DNA from: an uncultured archaeon | GTDB taxonomy: Archaea; Thermoproteota; Nitrososphaeria; Nitrososphaerales; Gagatemarchaeaceae | DNA: 32,000 nt | Direction of reading: 5' to 3' | NCBI GenBank assembly: GCA_963759195.1 | Contig: CAVWXJ010000008.1 | Span: 27,898-59,897 of the forward strand | In this document: one piece after another, positions 1 through 8,033 of the stretch | How the letters are laid out: each line of letters opens with the position of its first letter | Position numbering within the stretch: position 1 is the stretch's first letter | The notes under the pieces: generated by a model | The model's database searches: none | Seen by the model: only the letters and a program-made list of their open reading frames with translations | Told to the model about the DNA's origin: nothing | Made by a program: the position numbers and the translations under genes

Positions 1-1
1 T

Positions 2-595
2 CCTGATGGGACTGCGGACGTGATAAGGGAAGAGATGTCGGGGGACGCATCGGTACACCTTCTTCTAAGAGGGAGCAAGCAAGGAATCGGTTCGGCCCAC
101 ATCGAAGGGTTCGCGGAGGCGATGAGGGAGTATGCGGCGGACGTCTTGGTCGAACTAGACGCGGACCTACAGCAGCCCCCTGAAAAGATCCCCGAACTTG
201 TCGCTTCTGTGAGGTCGGGCGCGGACGTCGCGGTCGCCTCCAGAAAAGTCACGGGAGGCGGAACTGTCGGCTGGAGTCTCTGGAGAAGGACGGTCAGTTC
301 GGGCGCTAACTTCTATGCCAGAGTGCTTCTGGGAATCCCAATAAGAGACTGCACTTCAGGGTTCAGGGCCCTCAGTAGGAACGCCGCTCAGGTTCTCGTC
401 GAAGGAAAGGTCCAAGCGTCCCAGTTCTACTTTCAGGTCGCTTCTCTGTACCTGCTCAAGAAACAAGGCATGAAGATGGTAGAGATTCCGTTCGTCTTCG
501 GCGAAAGACGGTCAGGAAGGTCAAAGCTCGGCTGGGGCGAAATTGTCGGGTTCTTCTTCGGCGTCCTCAGACTGCGCTTGTCGTCAATTGGCTAA
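2..595 (+). CDS. GT2 glycosyltransferase, dolichyl/polyprenyl-phosphate mannose synthase-like (5' end outside window)
   Basis: The frame is open from nt 2 (PDGTADVIRE precedes the first GTG at 20). Blocks LVELDADLQQPP, VASRKV.GGG..GWS..RR..S..AN.Y and IRDCTSGFRAL fit the Dpm1/GT2 family by recall. Confidence 0.8.
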   Translation, partial: PDGTADVIREEMSGDASVHLLLRGSKQGIGSAHIEGFAEAMREYAADVLVELDADLQQPPEKIPELVASVRSGADVAVASRKVTGGGTVGWSLWRRTVSSGANFYARVLLGIPIRDCTSGFRALSRNAAQVLVEGKVQASQFYFQVASLYLLKKQGMKMVEIPFVFGERRSGRSKLGWGEIVGFFFGVLRLRLSSIG

Positions 596-651
596 AGCGC
601 CTCACACATTGACGAAAGTTCTAAAGCCCAACGGAAAGGGCGGGCATCAGG

Positions 652-2634
652 TTGTCCGTCAACTGGGCGCTGCCATTCAGCGAACAGGTCCCGACTGACG
701 GATGGGAGACAGTCACACCGAAGAAGTACATCGCCTCCCACGAATCGAGTCTGGCACGGGGTCCTGAGTTCTGGTCAGCGGTGGCATCTGAGCTGGACTG
801 GTACAGGAAGTGGGACAAGACACTTGACGACAGCAGACCACCTTTCTACAAGTGGTTCGTCGGCGGCGAGCTGAACGCCAGTCATCTCTGCGTAGACAGA
901 CATGCAAAAGGCCCCCTGAGGAACAAGACCGCCATCCTGTGGGAAGGCGAACCCGTCGAGGGAGCGGTCCCTAAGGAGGTCAGGAAGGTAACCTACGGAG
1001 ACCTCTACAGGGATGTGAATCGGATGGCCTATCTTCTCAACCACAGGTATGGGATCAAGAAGGGAGACGCTATCGGACTCTACATGCCGATGGTCCCGGA
1101 GTTCCCGACCGTGATGCTGGCTGCGGCTCGGCTCGGAGCGCCCTTCACAGTCATCTTCTCGGGGTTCAGCGACGAAGCGCTGGCTGAGCGGCTCCAGGAC
1201 GCCGACGCAAAACTGCTTGTCACTGCGGACGGAGGATGGAGAAGGGGGAACGTCATCAAGCTCAAAGAGATTGCCGACGAAGCGATGGCCGAGGCCACCT
1301 GCGTCGAACATTCGCTTGTACTCCGGCGTGTGGGTAACGGGGTCAGCATGCGCCAGGGGCGGGACGAGTACCTCGACTCGGCCATGGACGGCGTCCCCAG
1401 TGACGCGGTGGTGGAGCCTATCAAAGTGAAGTCCGAGGATCCACTCTTCATACTCCACACCTCGGGGACAACTGGGAAGCCAAAGGGGCAGGTTCACGAC
1501 CTTGGCGGCTACCTCACCCTTCTCCACGCCACAATGAATTGGGTGTTCGACATCACTAAGGAAGACATCTACTGGTGTACCGCTGACATCGGCTGGGTGA
1601 CAGGCCACTCATACGTAGTGTTCGGGCCGCTGATGGAAGGCGCGACGACCGTGATGTACGAGGGAGCAATCGACTACCCCCACCCAGACCGATGGGTCTC
1701 CCTGATTGAGCGGCACAAGGTGAGCGTGCTCTACACTTCCCCAACCGCAATACGAGGATTCATGAAAATGGGCGAAGAGTGGGTGAAGAAGCATGATGTC
1801 TCCACCGTCAGGCTCATGCATTCGGTGGGGGAACCCATCAACCCTGCTGCGTTCAGGTGGATGCACAGAATGGTCGGCGGCGACAAGGTGCCCTTCGGAA
1901 GCACGTGGTGGATGACGGAGACCGGGGGAATAATGATCAGCATCACGCCGGGGGGAGAGATGATACCGATGAAACCGGGAACAAACGGCCTTCCCATCCC
2001 AGGCATCGATGCGGACGTGGTCGACGATTCTGGAAAGCCGTCGGCAGCGCTCGCCCGCGGATTCCTTGTGATCAAACGCCCTTGGCCGGGGATGCCGCTC
2101 ACAATACACAAGGACCCTGAGAGATACAGGCAGGTATACTGGAGTAGGTTTCCTGGCTGGTTTTACGCTGGCGACTACGCCGTAAAGGACAACGACGGCT
2201 ACTTCTGGATACTCGGCAGGGCCGACGAGGTGATCAAGGTAGCAGGCCACAGGCTGGGAACCTACGAGCTCGAGTCTGCGCTAGTCCATCACCCGGCGGT
2301 CGCCGAGGCTGCGGTCGTTGGCGTTCCCGACTCGGTCAAGGGAGAGGTTCCAGTCGGGTTTGTGATTCTTCGCTCCGGCAATCTGCCCAGCGACGGGGTA
2401 AGGGAAGAACTCAAAGCAAGAGTCCGCGAGCACGTAGGTCACATCGCCACCCTCAAGGAGGTCTACTTCGTATCCAAGCTGCCAAAGACCAGAAGCGCGA
2501 AGATAATGAGGAGAGTTGTGAAGGCTGTCGTTCAGGGCACCCCGGTGGGTGACGTCACAACCCTCGAGGACGAGGCGTCCGTGGACGAGGTCAAGCGTGC
2601 CTACGAAGAATTGAAGAAAGAGGTTTCCAGGTAA
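652..2634 (+). CDS. acs: Acetyl-CoA synthetase (AMP-forming)
   Basis: 660-aa ORF with a TTG start. YKWFVGGELNASHLCVDRH, HTSGTTGKPKG, WWMTETGG, YFWILGRADEVIKVAGHRLGTYELE and PKTRSAKIMRR are classical Acs/adenylate-forming motifs. Confidence 0.93.
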   Translation: MSVNWALPFSEQVPTDGWETVTPKKYIASHESSLARGPEFWSAVASELDWYRKWDKTLDDSRPPFYKWFVGGELNASHLCVDRHAKGPLRNKTAILWEGEPVEGAVPKEVRKVTYGDLYRDVNRMAYLLNHRYGIKKGDAIGLYMPMVPEFPTVMLAAARLGAPFTVIFSGFSDEALAERLQDADAKLLVTADGGWRRGNVIKLKEIADEAMAEATCVEHSLVLRRVGNGVSMRQGRDEYLDSAMDGVPSDAVVEPIKVKSEDPLFILHTSGTTGKPKGQVHDLGGYLTLLHATMNWVFDITKEDIYWCTADIGWVTGHSYVVFGPLMEGATTVMYEGAIDYPHPDRWVSLIERHKVSVLYTSPTAIRGFMKMGEEWVKKHDVSTVRLMHSVGEPINPAAFRWMHRMVGGDKVPFGSTWWMTETGGIMISITPGGEMIPMKPGTNGLPIPGIDADVVDDSGKPSAALARGFLVIKRPWPGMPLTIHKDPERYRQVYWSRFPGWFYAGDYAVKDNDGYFWILGRADEVIKVAGHRLGTYELESALVHHPAVAEAAVVGVPDSVKGEVPVGFVILRSGNLPSDGVREELKARVREHVGHIATLKEVYFVSKLPKTRSAKIMRRVVKAVVQGTPVGDVTTLEDEASVDEVKRAYEELKKEVSR

Positions 2635-2636
2635 GC

Positions 2637-3122
2637 AGAATAGAGGATATTGTAGATTGAAATATTGTAAGAGTGGTAGTGAGTGTTGGGTTAGGATTAG
2701 TGGAAAATAAGATGGTGTTTTTTTTTTAGTTAGTTGGGATAGGAATAGAGATTTGTTTAGTTATAGTGTGTTGTAAGTTTTATAAATTGGTTGGAAGTTA
2801 GAAGTCTGTCACTTAGTTTAATTTTTATGTTTGAGAGATTAGAGAGAGTACTAGATTAAGAGTTCTATGGGTTTAAGAAGGATGAGGATTAAATTGTAAG
2901 TGACATAGACATAGAGCTTCTCTCATTAAAAAACGAGAACAAGTACACTAAAGGTTTGGGGACTGAGATAAAAGAGCTTGTAAGTATACTAGATAGTGTG
3001 AAAGTGTATTTTGTAGTAATAGATAGTGTGGTATAAAAATGAGTATTTAAACATGGGCTAGGCTTATAAGATGAGAATAAGTATAGCAACATTAATATAC
3101 ACAATAGTATTAAAGTAAGGAT
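2637..3122. other. AT-rich, cytosine-depleted non-coding block (C-free on + strand 2637-2805)
   Basis: Direct reading finds no C between 2637 and 2805 and only about 13 C up to 2940. The block holds short internal direct repeats, TATA-like TATAAAAAT / TATTTAAAC at about 3032-3052, and no credible ORF. Confidence 0.9.
2718..2727 (+). terminator. Oligo-T tract (T10), candidate archaeal terminator for acs
   Basis: An uninterrupted T10 lies about 85 nt downstream of the acs stop. Archaeal RNAP terminates at oligo-T on the non-template strand. Confidence 0.35.
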
Positions 3123-4367
3123 ATGGATATAGAAAGAGAGAGGTGGGAAATGGACGCAGACGACTTCGAGGCGCTCTCGGAATACCTCGAAAAGAGACAC
3201 GAGGAGGAGCAGAGACTGATGAACCAATTCAACCTCAAAGCGACATTCGACGAGCGTGAGGCAAGAGGCGAGGCAATCGCCCATGAGTTCGGGTGGGTTC
3301 AACGCGTGGACGAGTTCTCTTACAGAGTTCACAGTCAGAAGCTGGACAAGGAATACCAAGTCCAGAAGACCGAGACGGGTTGGGTTTGTTCCTGCCCTGA
3401 TTCCACGTTTAGGCTTCTCAAGTGCAAGCACGTCTGGGCTGTCGAGATTAGCTGGACTCTGAGGGAGCAAGTCAAGGAGTCGGTTGTGATTCAGTCGGTT
3501 AGGGTAGATGCGTGCCTGTTCTGCGGTTCGGGTCGGCTCGTCAAGGACGGGATAAGACACAACAAGTCGGGCGACATTCAGAAGTTCGAGTGCCGAGACT
3601 GCGGGAGATACTTCACGGTCAACGTGGGCTTCGAGAGGATGAAGCACGACCCGAAGGCGATAACTGCGGCCATGCAGTTCTACTTCTCTGGGAGAGAGTT
3701 CGAGGAATACAGCGAGGGCGCTCAAGCTCATGGGGGCGGAGGTATTCACATAGAACTGTCCTCAACTGGATTGGAAAGTATGTCGCTCTCATGGATAAGT
3801 ATCTGGACAAGATTACCCCGCATGTCTCGAACACATGGAGGGCAGACGAGATGTTCGTCAAGGTGAAGGGAAACGTGAAGTGGCTGTTCGCCATGATGGA
3901 CGACGAGACTCGCTTCTGGATTGCTCAACAGGTCTCAGACACCAAATTCAACGCGGCAGTTAGGCCACTCTTCGCGGATGCCAAGCGGATAGCGGGGAAG
4001 CGGCCTCTGACCCTCATCACAGACGGAGGCCACCACTTCAATCAACCCTTCAAGAAGGAGTTCTATTCCAAGTATGCCCCGTTCTCCATCCATGTGAGGG
4101 ACATTCAGGCTCAGCGGCCAAGTCCACAACAACAAGATGGAGCGCATGAATGGGGAAATTCGAGACCGAGAGAAGGTCATGCGTGGTCTAAAGAACACCG
4201 ACACGCCCATCCTCAAGGGCATCCAGATTTACCACAACTTCATCCGACCCCATGAATCGCTGAACGGTCAGACACCCGCAGACAAAGCGGGAATCAGGGT
4301 CGAGGGGAAGGACAAGTGGCTGACTCTGATTCAGAACGCGAGCAAAGGCTCAAAGGCCAAACCATAG
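3123..4367 (+). pseudogene. IS6-family (IS240/IS26-type DDE) transposase with N-terminal SWIM zinc finger, disrupted by three +1 frameshifts
   Basis: The reading passes frame 0 (3123 to ~3692: CSCPD..CKH SWIM motif, C..C zinc ribbon, AITAAMQFYFSG), frame 1 (~3694-3744: ESSRNTARALKLMGAEV), frame 2 (~3746-4110: SHRTVLNWIGKYV, WRADEMFVKVKG, LFAMMDDETRFW, LITDGGHHFN) and frame 0 again (~4113-4367: NNKMERMNGEIRDREKV, YHNFIRPHESLNGQTPA). The HTH plus D..D..E layout parallels IS26. Confidence 0.8.
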
Positions 4368-4388
4368 ATACCCTCACGGGAGGAGTAA

Positions 4389-4649
4389 TTGAGTTCTGAA
4401 GAACGGCAGAAAAGGCTTGAGGCTTTGAATCGTTGGTGGAGGGTAGAGATTCCAAGAAGAATCGTTGGTGGTTGGATTGATGACAAGGACGATGATGTTT
4501 TCGAGGAAGTTGTGTATGCACTGATAGCGCAAGCCCAGAAGAGGTGGGGTGTGGCAATCACAACTGCGAGAGATTATGCAAGAGTGGTCTTTATCGCTAA
4601 TGAGGCTTACCTGAAGTCCGAACAAAAGAAGCATAGGAAGTCAGGATAG
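4389..4649 (+). CDS. Hypothetical 86-aa protein directly downstream of the IS transposase
   Basis: ORF with a TTG start and balanced, charged composition (EERQKRLEALNRWW...). I recognise no family. It could be an IS passenger or a host gene. Confidence 0.35.
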   Translation: MSSEERQKRLEALNRWWRVEIPRRIVGGWIDDKDDDVFEEVVYALIAQAQKRWGVAITTARDYARVVFIANEAYLKSEQKKHRKSG

Positions 4650-4773
4650 GCCGATTAGTTCATTCGCCCGACGAAAGTTTCCAATTCACCGAAAGAGGGA
4701 GAATCCGACAAAGACTTCCCAGAACCCTGAGACCAAAGATACAAATACGAGAGAAATCAGATTCTCGAAAGAA

Positions 4774-4977
4774 TTGTCAGAAACTCCTGCAGCACCCGCT
4801 GAGAAGCCTGCTGAGCCAGCCAAGGTCTTCGCCAGCGCAATCTATGAGTGTGTGAGGTGCGGGACAAGGACGACCCAGGAAGAGCTGTCACATCTCCCAG
4901 AAGTGAAGTGCATCTGCGGCTACCGCGTTTTCAGAAAGGCGCGGCCGCCCGTAGTGAAACAGATCAAGGCAGTCTAG
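4774..4977 (+). CDS. rpoP: DNA-directed RNA polymerase subunit P (Rpo12/RpoP) with N-terminal extension
   Basis: C-terminal 45 aa YECVRCGTRTTQEELSHLPEVKCICGYRVFRKARPPVVKQIKAV matches the archaeal RpoP zinc-ribbon pattern (Y.C..CG...L..LP.V.C..CGY.....R.P..K..KA). The only in-frame start is TTG. Confidence 0.8.
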   Translation: MSETPAAPAEKPAEPAKVFASAIYECVRCGTRTTQEELSHLPEVKCICGYRVFRKARPPVVKQIKAV

Positions 4978-5073
4978 CCGAACGTCTTAGGGTTTCGACA
5001 CCTGCCTAACTAGAAGTGCTACAGCTGCCTCATCGTTTATGTATGCGACGGCGAGAGCGATTTTGATTCTCGG

Positions 5074-6117
5074 ATGTACGTCATGAGAAGCAAGATTCCT
5101 ACAGCAATCAAGGGCTACGGGGCTTATGTTCCATACTACCGACTTCCAACGACCGAAATCGCCCGAATCTGGAAGGGAGGGGGGACAGGCCCGAACCTCG
5201 AAAAATCCGTTGCCGGGCTCGACGAGGATACGGCAACCATGGCCATAGAAGCTTCAAGGATGGCAATGAAGATGGCTGGGGTCGAGCATCTCGGGGCGGT
5301 CTTTGTCGGAACCGAGTCGAAGCCCTACGCAGTCAAACCTACAAGCACGATAGTCGCTCAGGCGCTGGGACAGCACCATACGCTCTCTGCCGACCTGGAG
5401 TTCGCGTGCAAGGCAGGGACCGAGGCGATGCAGGTGGTGATGGGGCTTGTGGGCTCGGGAATGATCGACGCGGGTCTTGCCATAGGCATGGACACGGCCC
5501 AAGGGAGGCCGGGAGACGACCTAGAGTACACTGCTTCTAGCGGCGGCGCAGCCTTCGTGATCGGGCAAAAGGACAAGGACGCAATCGCCTACTTCGATTG
5601 CAGCACGTCCTACGTGTCGGACACGGGAGACTTCTGGAGACGCCCTCGCCAGATGTATCCACGACACCTCTCAAGGTTCACAGGGGAGCCTGCCTACTTT
5701 CATCACATCGAGACAGCCGTCAAGACGCTCTTCGAAGAGACTGGGCACAAGGCGAGCGATTTCGACTATGCGGTCTTCCATCAGCCCAATCCGAGGTTTC
5801 CCGTTGAGGTGGCCACCAGACTCGGATTCAACGCCGACCAGATCAAGACAGGCCTTCTGAACCCAATGATAGGCAACACCTACGCAGGCTCATCGCCCAT
5901 CGGGCTGGCAGCGGTCCTTGACGAGGCCAAGCCGGGCAACAAGATACTGGTCGCGAGCTTCGGCTCCGGAGCAGGTTCAGACGTCTTCTGCATAGAAGTC
6001 CTAGATGGGATCAAGAAGAAGCGCGGAATCAACCCGACGGTGAAATCGATGATTCAAAGGAGTTCCAAGATTGATTATTCAACATACATCAAGTTCCGTG
6101 AGAAGCTCCACAGGTAG
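5074..6117 (+). CDS. Hydroxymethylglutaryl-CoA synthase (archaeal type)
   Basis: 347 aa. GYGAYVPYYRL, EKSVAGLDEDTATMA and the thiolase-fold GSGAGSD C-terminus fit the family. Its stop overlaps the thiolase start by 1 nt. Confidence 0.88.
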   Translation: MYVMRSKIPTAIKGYGAYVPYYRLPTTEIARIWKGGGTGPNLEKSVAGLDEDTATMAIEASRMAMKMAGVEHLGAVFVGTESKPYAVKPTSTIVAQALGQHHTLSADLEFACKAGTEAMQVVMGLVGSGMIDAGLAIGMDTAQGRPGDDLEYTASSGGAAFVIGQKDKDAIAYFDCSTSYVSDTGDFWRRPRQMYPRHLSRFTGEPAYFHHIETAVKTLFEETGHKASDFDYAVFHQPNPRFPVEVATRLGFNADQIKTGLLNPMIGNTYAGSSPIGLAAVLDEAKPGNKILVASFGSGAGSDVFCIEVLDGIKKKRGINPTVKSMIQRSSKIDYSTYIKFREKLHR

Positions 6118-7286
6118 TGATTGGCTTGGCTAATGGCAAGGCGTACGTCGCATCCGTCGGCTTCACCAAAATCGGAGACCACTGGGAGAGCTCATTGCTT
6201 GACCTCGCGGTGCAGGCTGCAAGAGGAGCGCTCAAGGGAGCCCCCTCGGTCAGACCCCAGCAGATATTCGTCGGGAACATGTTCAGCTCCATAGGTTCGA
6301 ACCAGGAGCATCTCGGCGCGCTGGTCGCAAGTGCTCTGGGTTTTGAAGGAATCCCAGCGTTCAAGGTCGAGGCCGCCTGCGCGTCAGGCGCATGTGCGTT
6401 CAACGTCGCCTACAAGCTGGTGAAGTCGGGTGCGCTGGACTCTGCACTGGTTGTGGGGGTCGAGAAGATGAGAGACCTAGAGCCCGAGGTCATCTCCCAG
6501 GCCCTGGCCATGGCCGAATCGTACGAATACACTCAGTTTGTTGGGGCGACGTTTGCCGCGATGAACGCGCTCCTCGCAAGGCTGTACATGGAACAGGCCG
6601 GCGTGAGCCGCGACGAGCTGAGCTCCATCCCCGTCATAGACCACAAGAACGCAGTCACGGCGGAGCACGCGCAGTTCAGAAGGGCGATAACGCCAGAGAT
6701 TGTGGCGCGTTCTGCGATGATAGCGGACCCGCTGAGGCTGTTCGACTGCGCGCCCGTAGGCGACGGGGCGGCCGCGGCCCTCTTGGTGAGCGACAAGGCA
6801 GCCGCGGAAACCAAGAGGCTGGTCGAGGTGCTCGGCGGGAGGATAGCGACTACGGTATTCAGCGTCTACGATAGGAAGGATATGCTTAGGTTCACTGCGA
6901 CTGAGGAGGCATTCAAAGCAGCCCTCGGGGAGTCAGCAGTTCCCCGCGCCAAGTTGGACTTCGCGGAGATTCACGACGCCTTCTCTGTGGTTGGCGCACT
7001 CGCGCTGGAAGCGATGGGATTCTCCAAGAAGGGACAGGGTTCCAAAGACGCCGCTCAGGGCAAGTACAACTTCGACTCTGAAATGCCGATCAACACCTTC
7101 GGTGGCCTAAAGGCCCGGGGGCACCCGGTGGGAGCCACAGGACTCTACCAGATCGCCGAGGCCTACCTCCAGCTAACGGGCAAGGGTGGCAAGAACCAGC
7201 TCAAGGAAGCGGAGTACGGAGTCACGCAGAATGTTGGCGCTGTGGATACGACGAGCGCTATTCACATATTCGGGAGGGCGGCCTAG
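6117..7286 (+). CDS. Acetyl-CoA acetyltransferase (archaeal thiolase)
   Basis: 389 aa. The active-site context VEAACASGA and the C-terminal GGLKARGHPVGATG fit the family. The start is GTG and the stop abuts the next ATG. Confidence 0.9.
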   Translation: MIGLANGKAYVASVGFTKIGDHWESSLLDLAVQAARGALKGAPSVRPQQIFVGNMFSSIGSNQEHLGALVASALGFEGIPAFKVEAACASGACAFNVAYKLVKSGALDSALVVGVEKMRDLEPEVISQALAMAESYEYTQFVGATFAAMNALLARLYMEQAGVSRDELSSIPVIDHKNAVTAEHAQFRRAITPEIVARSAMIADPLRLFDCAPVGDGAAAALLVSDKAAAETKRLVEVLGGRIATTVFSVYDRKDMLRFTATEEAFKAALGESAVPRAKLDFAEIHDAFSVVGALALEAMGFSKKGQGSKDAAQGKYNFDSEMPINTFGGLKARGHPVGATGLYQIAEAYLQLTGKGGKNQLKEAEYGVTQNVGAVDTTSAIHIFGRAA

Positions 7287-7676
7287 ATGGCGATACAATA
7301 TTGGAGGCAGAGGGACAGGTACTACAGACTGATTGGAAGCAAGTGCACAGAGTGCGGAGCGGAGTTCTTCCCTCCAGTCTACAAATGCAGGAAGTGCGGC
7401 TCCGAGAGTGTGGAAGACAAAGAGATGCCGAAGACGGGAAAGATTCTGACGTATACCGTGCTCCACGAGCCCCTGCCGGGGTTCGAGGCTCAGGCGCCAT
7501 TCTTCATTGCCGTAATCGAGCTTGAGAACGGAGGCCGGGTGCTCAGCCAGGTTGTCGACTCGCCCGATGAATCTGTGAGGATCGGAGCGAAGGTGCGCGC
7601 GACTGTCAGAAAGGTCAGGGTAGATGGCGAATCTGGCCAGATTCTTTACGGCTACAAATTCATTGTAGAAAGCTAG
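7287..7676 (+). CDS. DUF35 OB-fold/zinc-ribbon protein (scaffold of the thiolase/HMG-CoA synthase complex)
   Basis: 129 aa. Zinc ribbon CTECGAEFFPPVYKCRKCGS is followed by an OB-fold-like C-terminus. The gene sits in the conserved position after the thiolase. Confidence 0.85.
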   Translation: MAIQYWRQRDRYYRLIGSKCTECGAEFFPPVYKCRKCGSESVEDKEMPKTGKILTYTVLHEPLPGFEAQAPFFIAVIELENGGRVLSQVVDSPDESVRIGAKVRATVRKVRVDGESGQILYGYKFIVES

Positions 7677-8033
7677 CAACCGAACGGCAATTACACGTGC
7701 AATCTAAGCTCCTGAAACCACTTCCCTGAACGACTCTCTCCTTCACATCCTGCCGAGGGTTCACCAGATTCCACATGCCGAAGGCCTTTATACTCTCCAG
7801 GGATACTTGTTCATTATGACTTTTGCGCGAAGAAAGAAGTGGGAAGTAATTCGAAGACGGAGACACTCTTCTCATCAGAACACGCTTGAACACCGTTCTG
7901 CTCACCCATCGAAATCCGGTTAACGGATCAAGCGAAGAGTCCTGAACAAGGAACAAACTGTCTCGTTTGATTCAATAATCAGCTACAAATTCGCAGACGA
8001 AGGCTGATTGAACGGGCCGCCGGTGGGTACGGG

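Noticed and set aside
775-2250. Long antisense or alternative-frame ORFs inside acs (775-1608, 1609-2250 and others)
   Set aside because: They lie entirely within the strongly supported acs gene and have the R/P/G/H-rich composition typical of off-frame GC-rich sequence.
2637-3122. Replication origin or CRISPR leader/array in the AT-rich block
   Set aside because: There are no ORB/mini-ORB-like (TTCCAGTGGAAA-type) boxes and no adjacent cdc6/orc1. The short repeats are only 2 copies each with irregular spacing, not a repeat-spacer array.
2889-3749. 286-aa minus-strand ORF
   Set aside because: It runs antisense to the transposase and through the AT-rich block. Its composition is low-complexity L/S/I-rich, consistent with an artefact of stop-codon depletion.
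7660-7956. 98-aa minus-strand ORF between the DUF35 gene and the antiporter
   Set aside because: It has a TTG start, overlaps the DUF35 3' end, has atypical third-position composition compared with neighbouring genes, and belongs to no family I recognise. Not supported enough to call.
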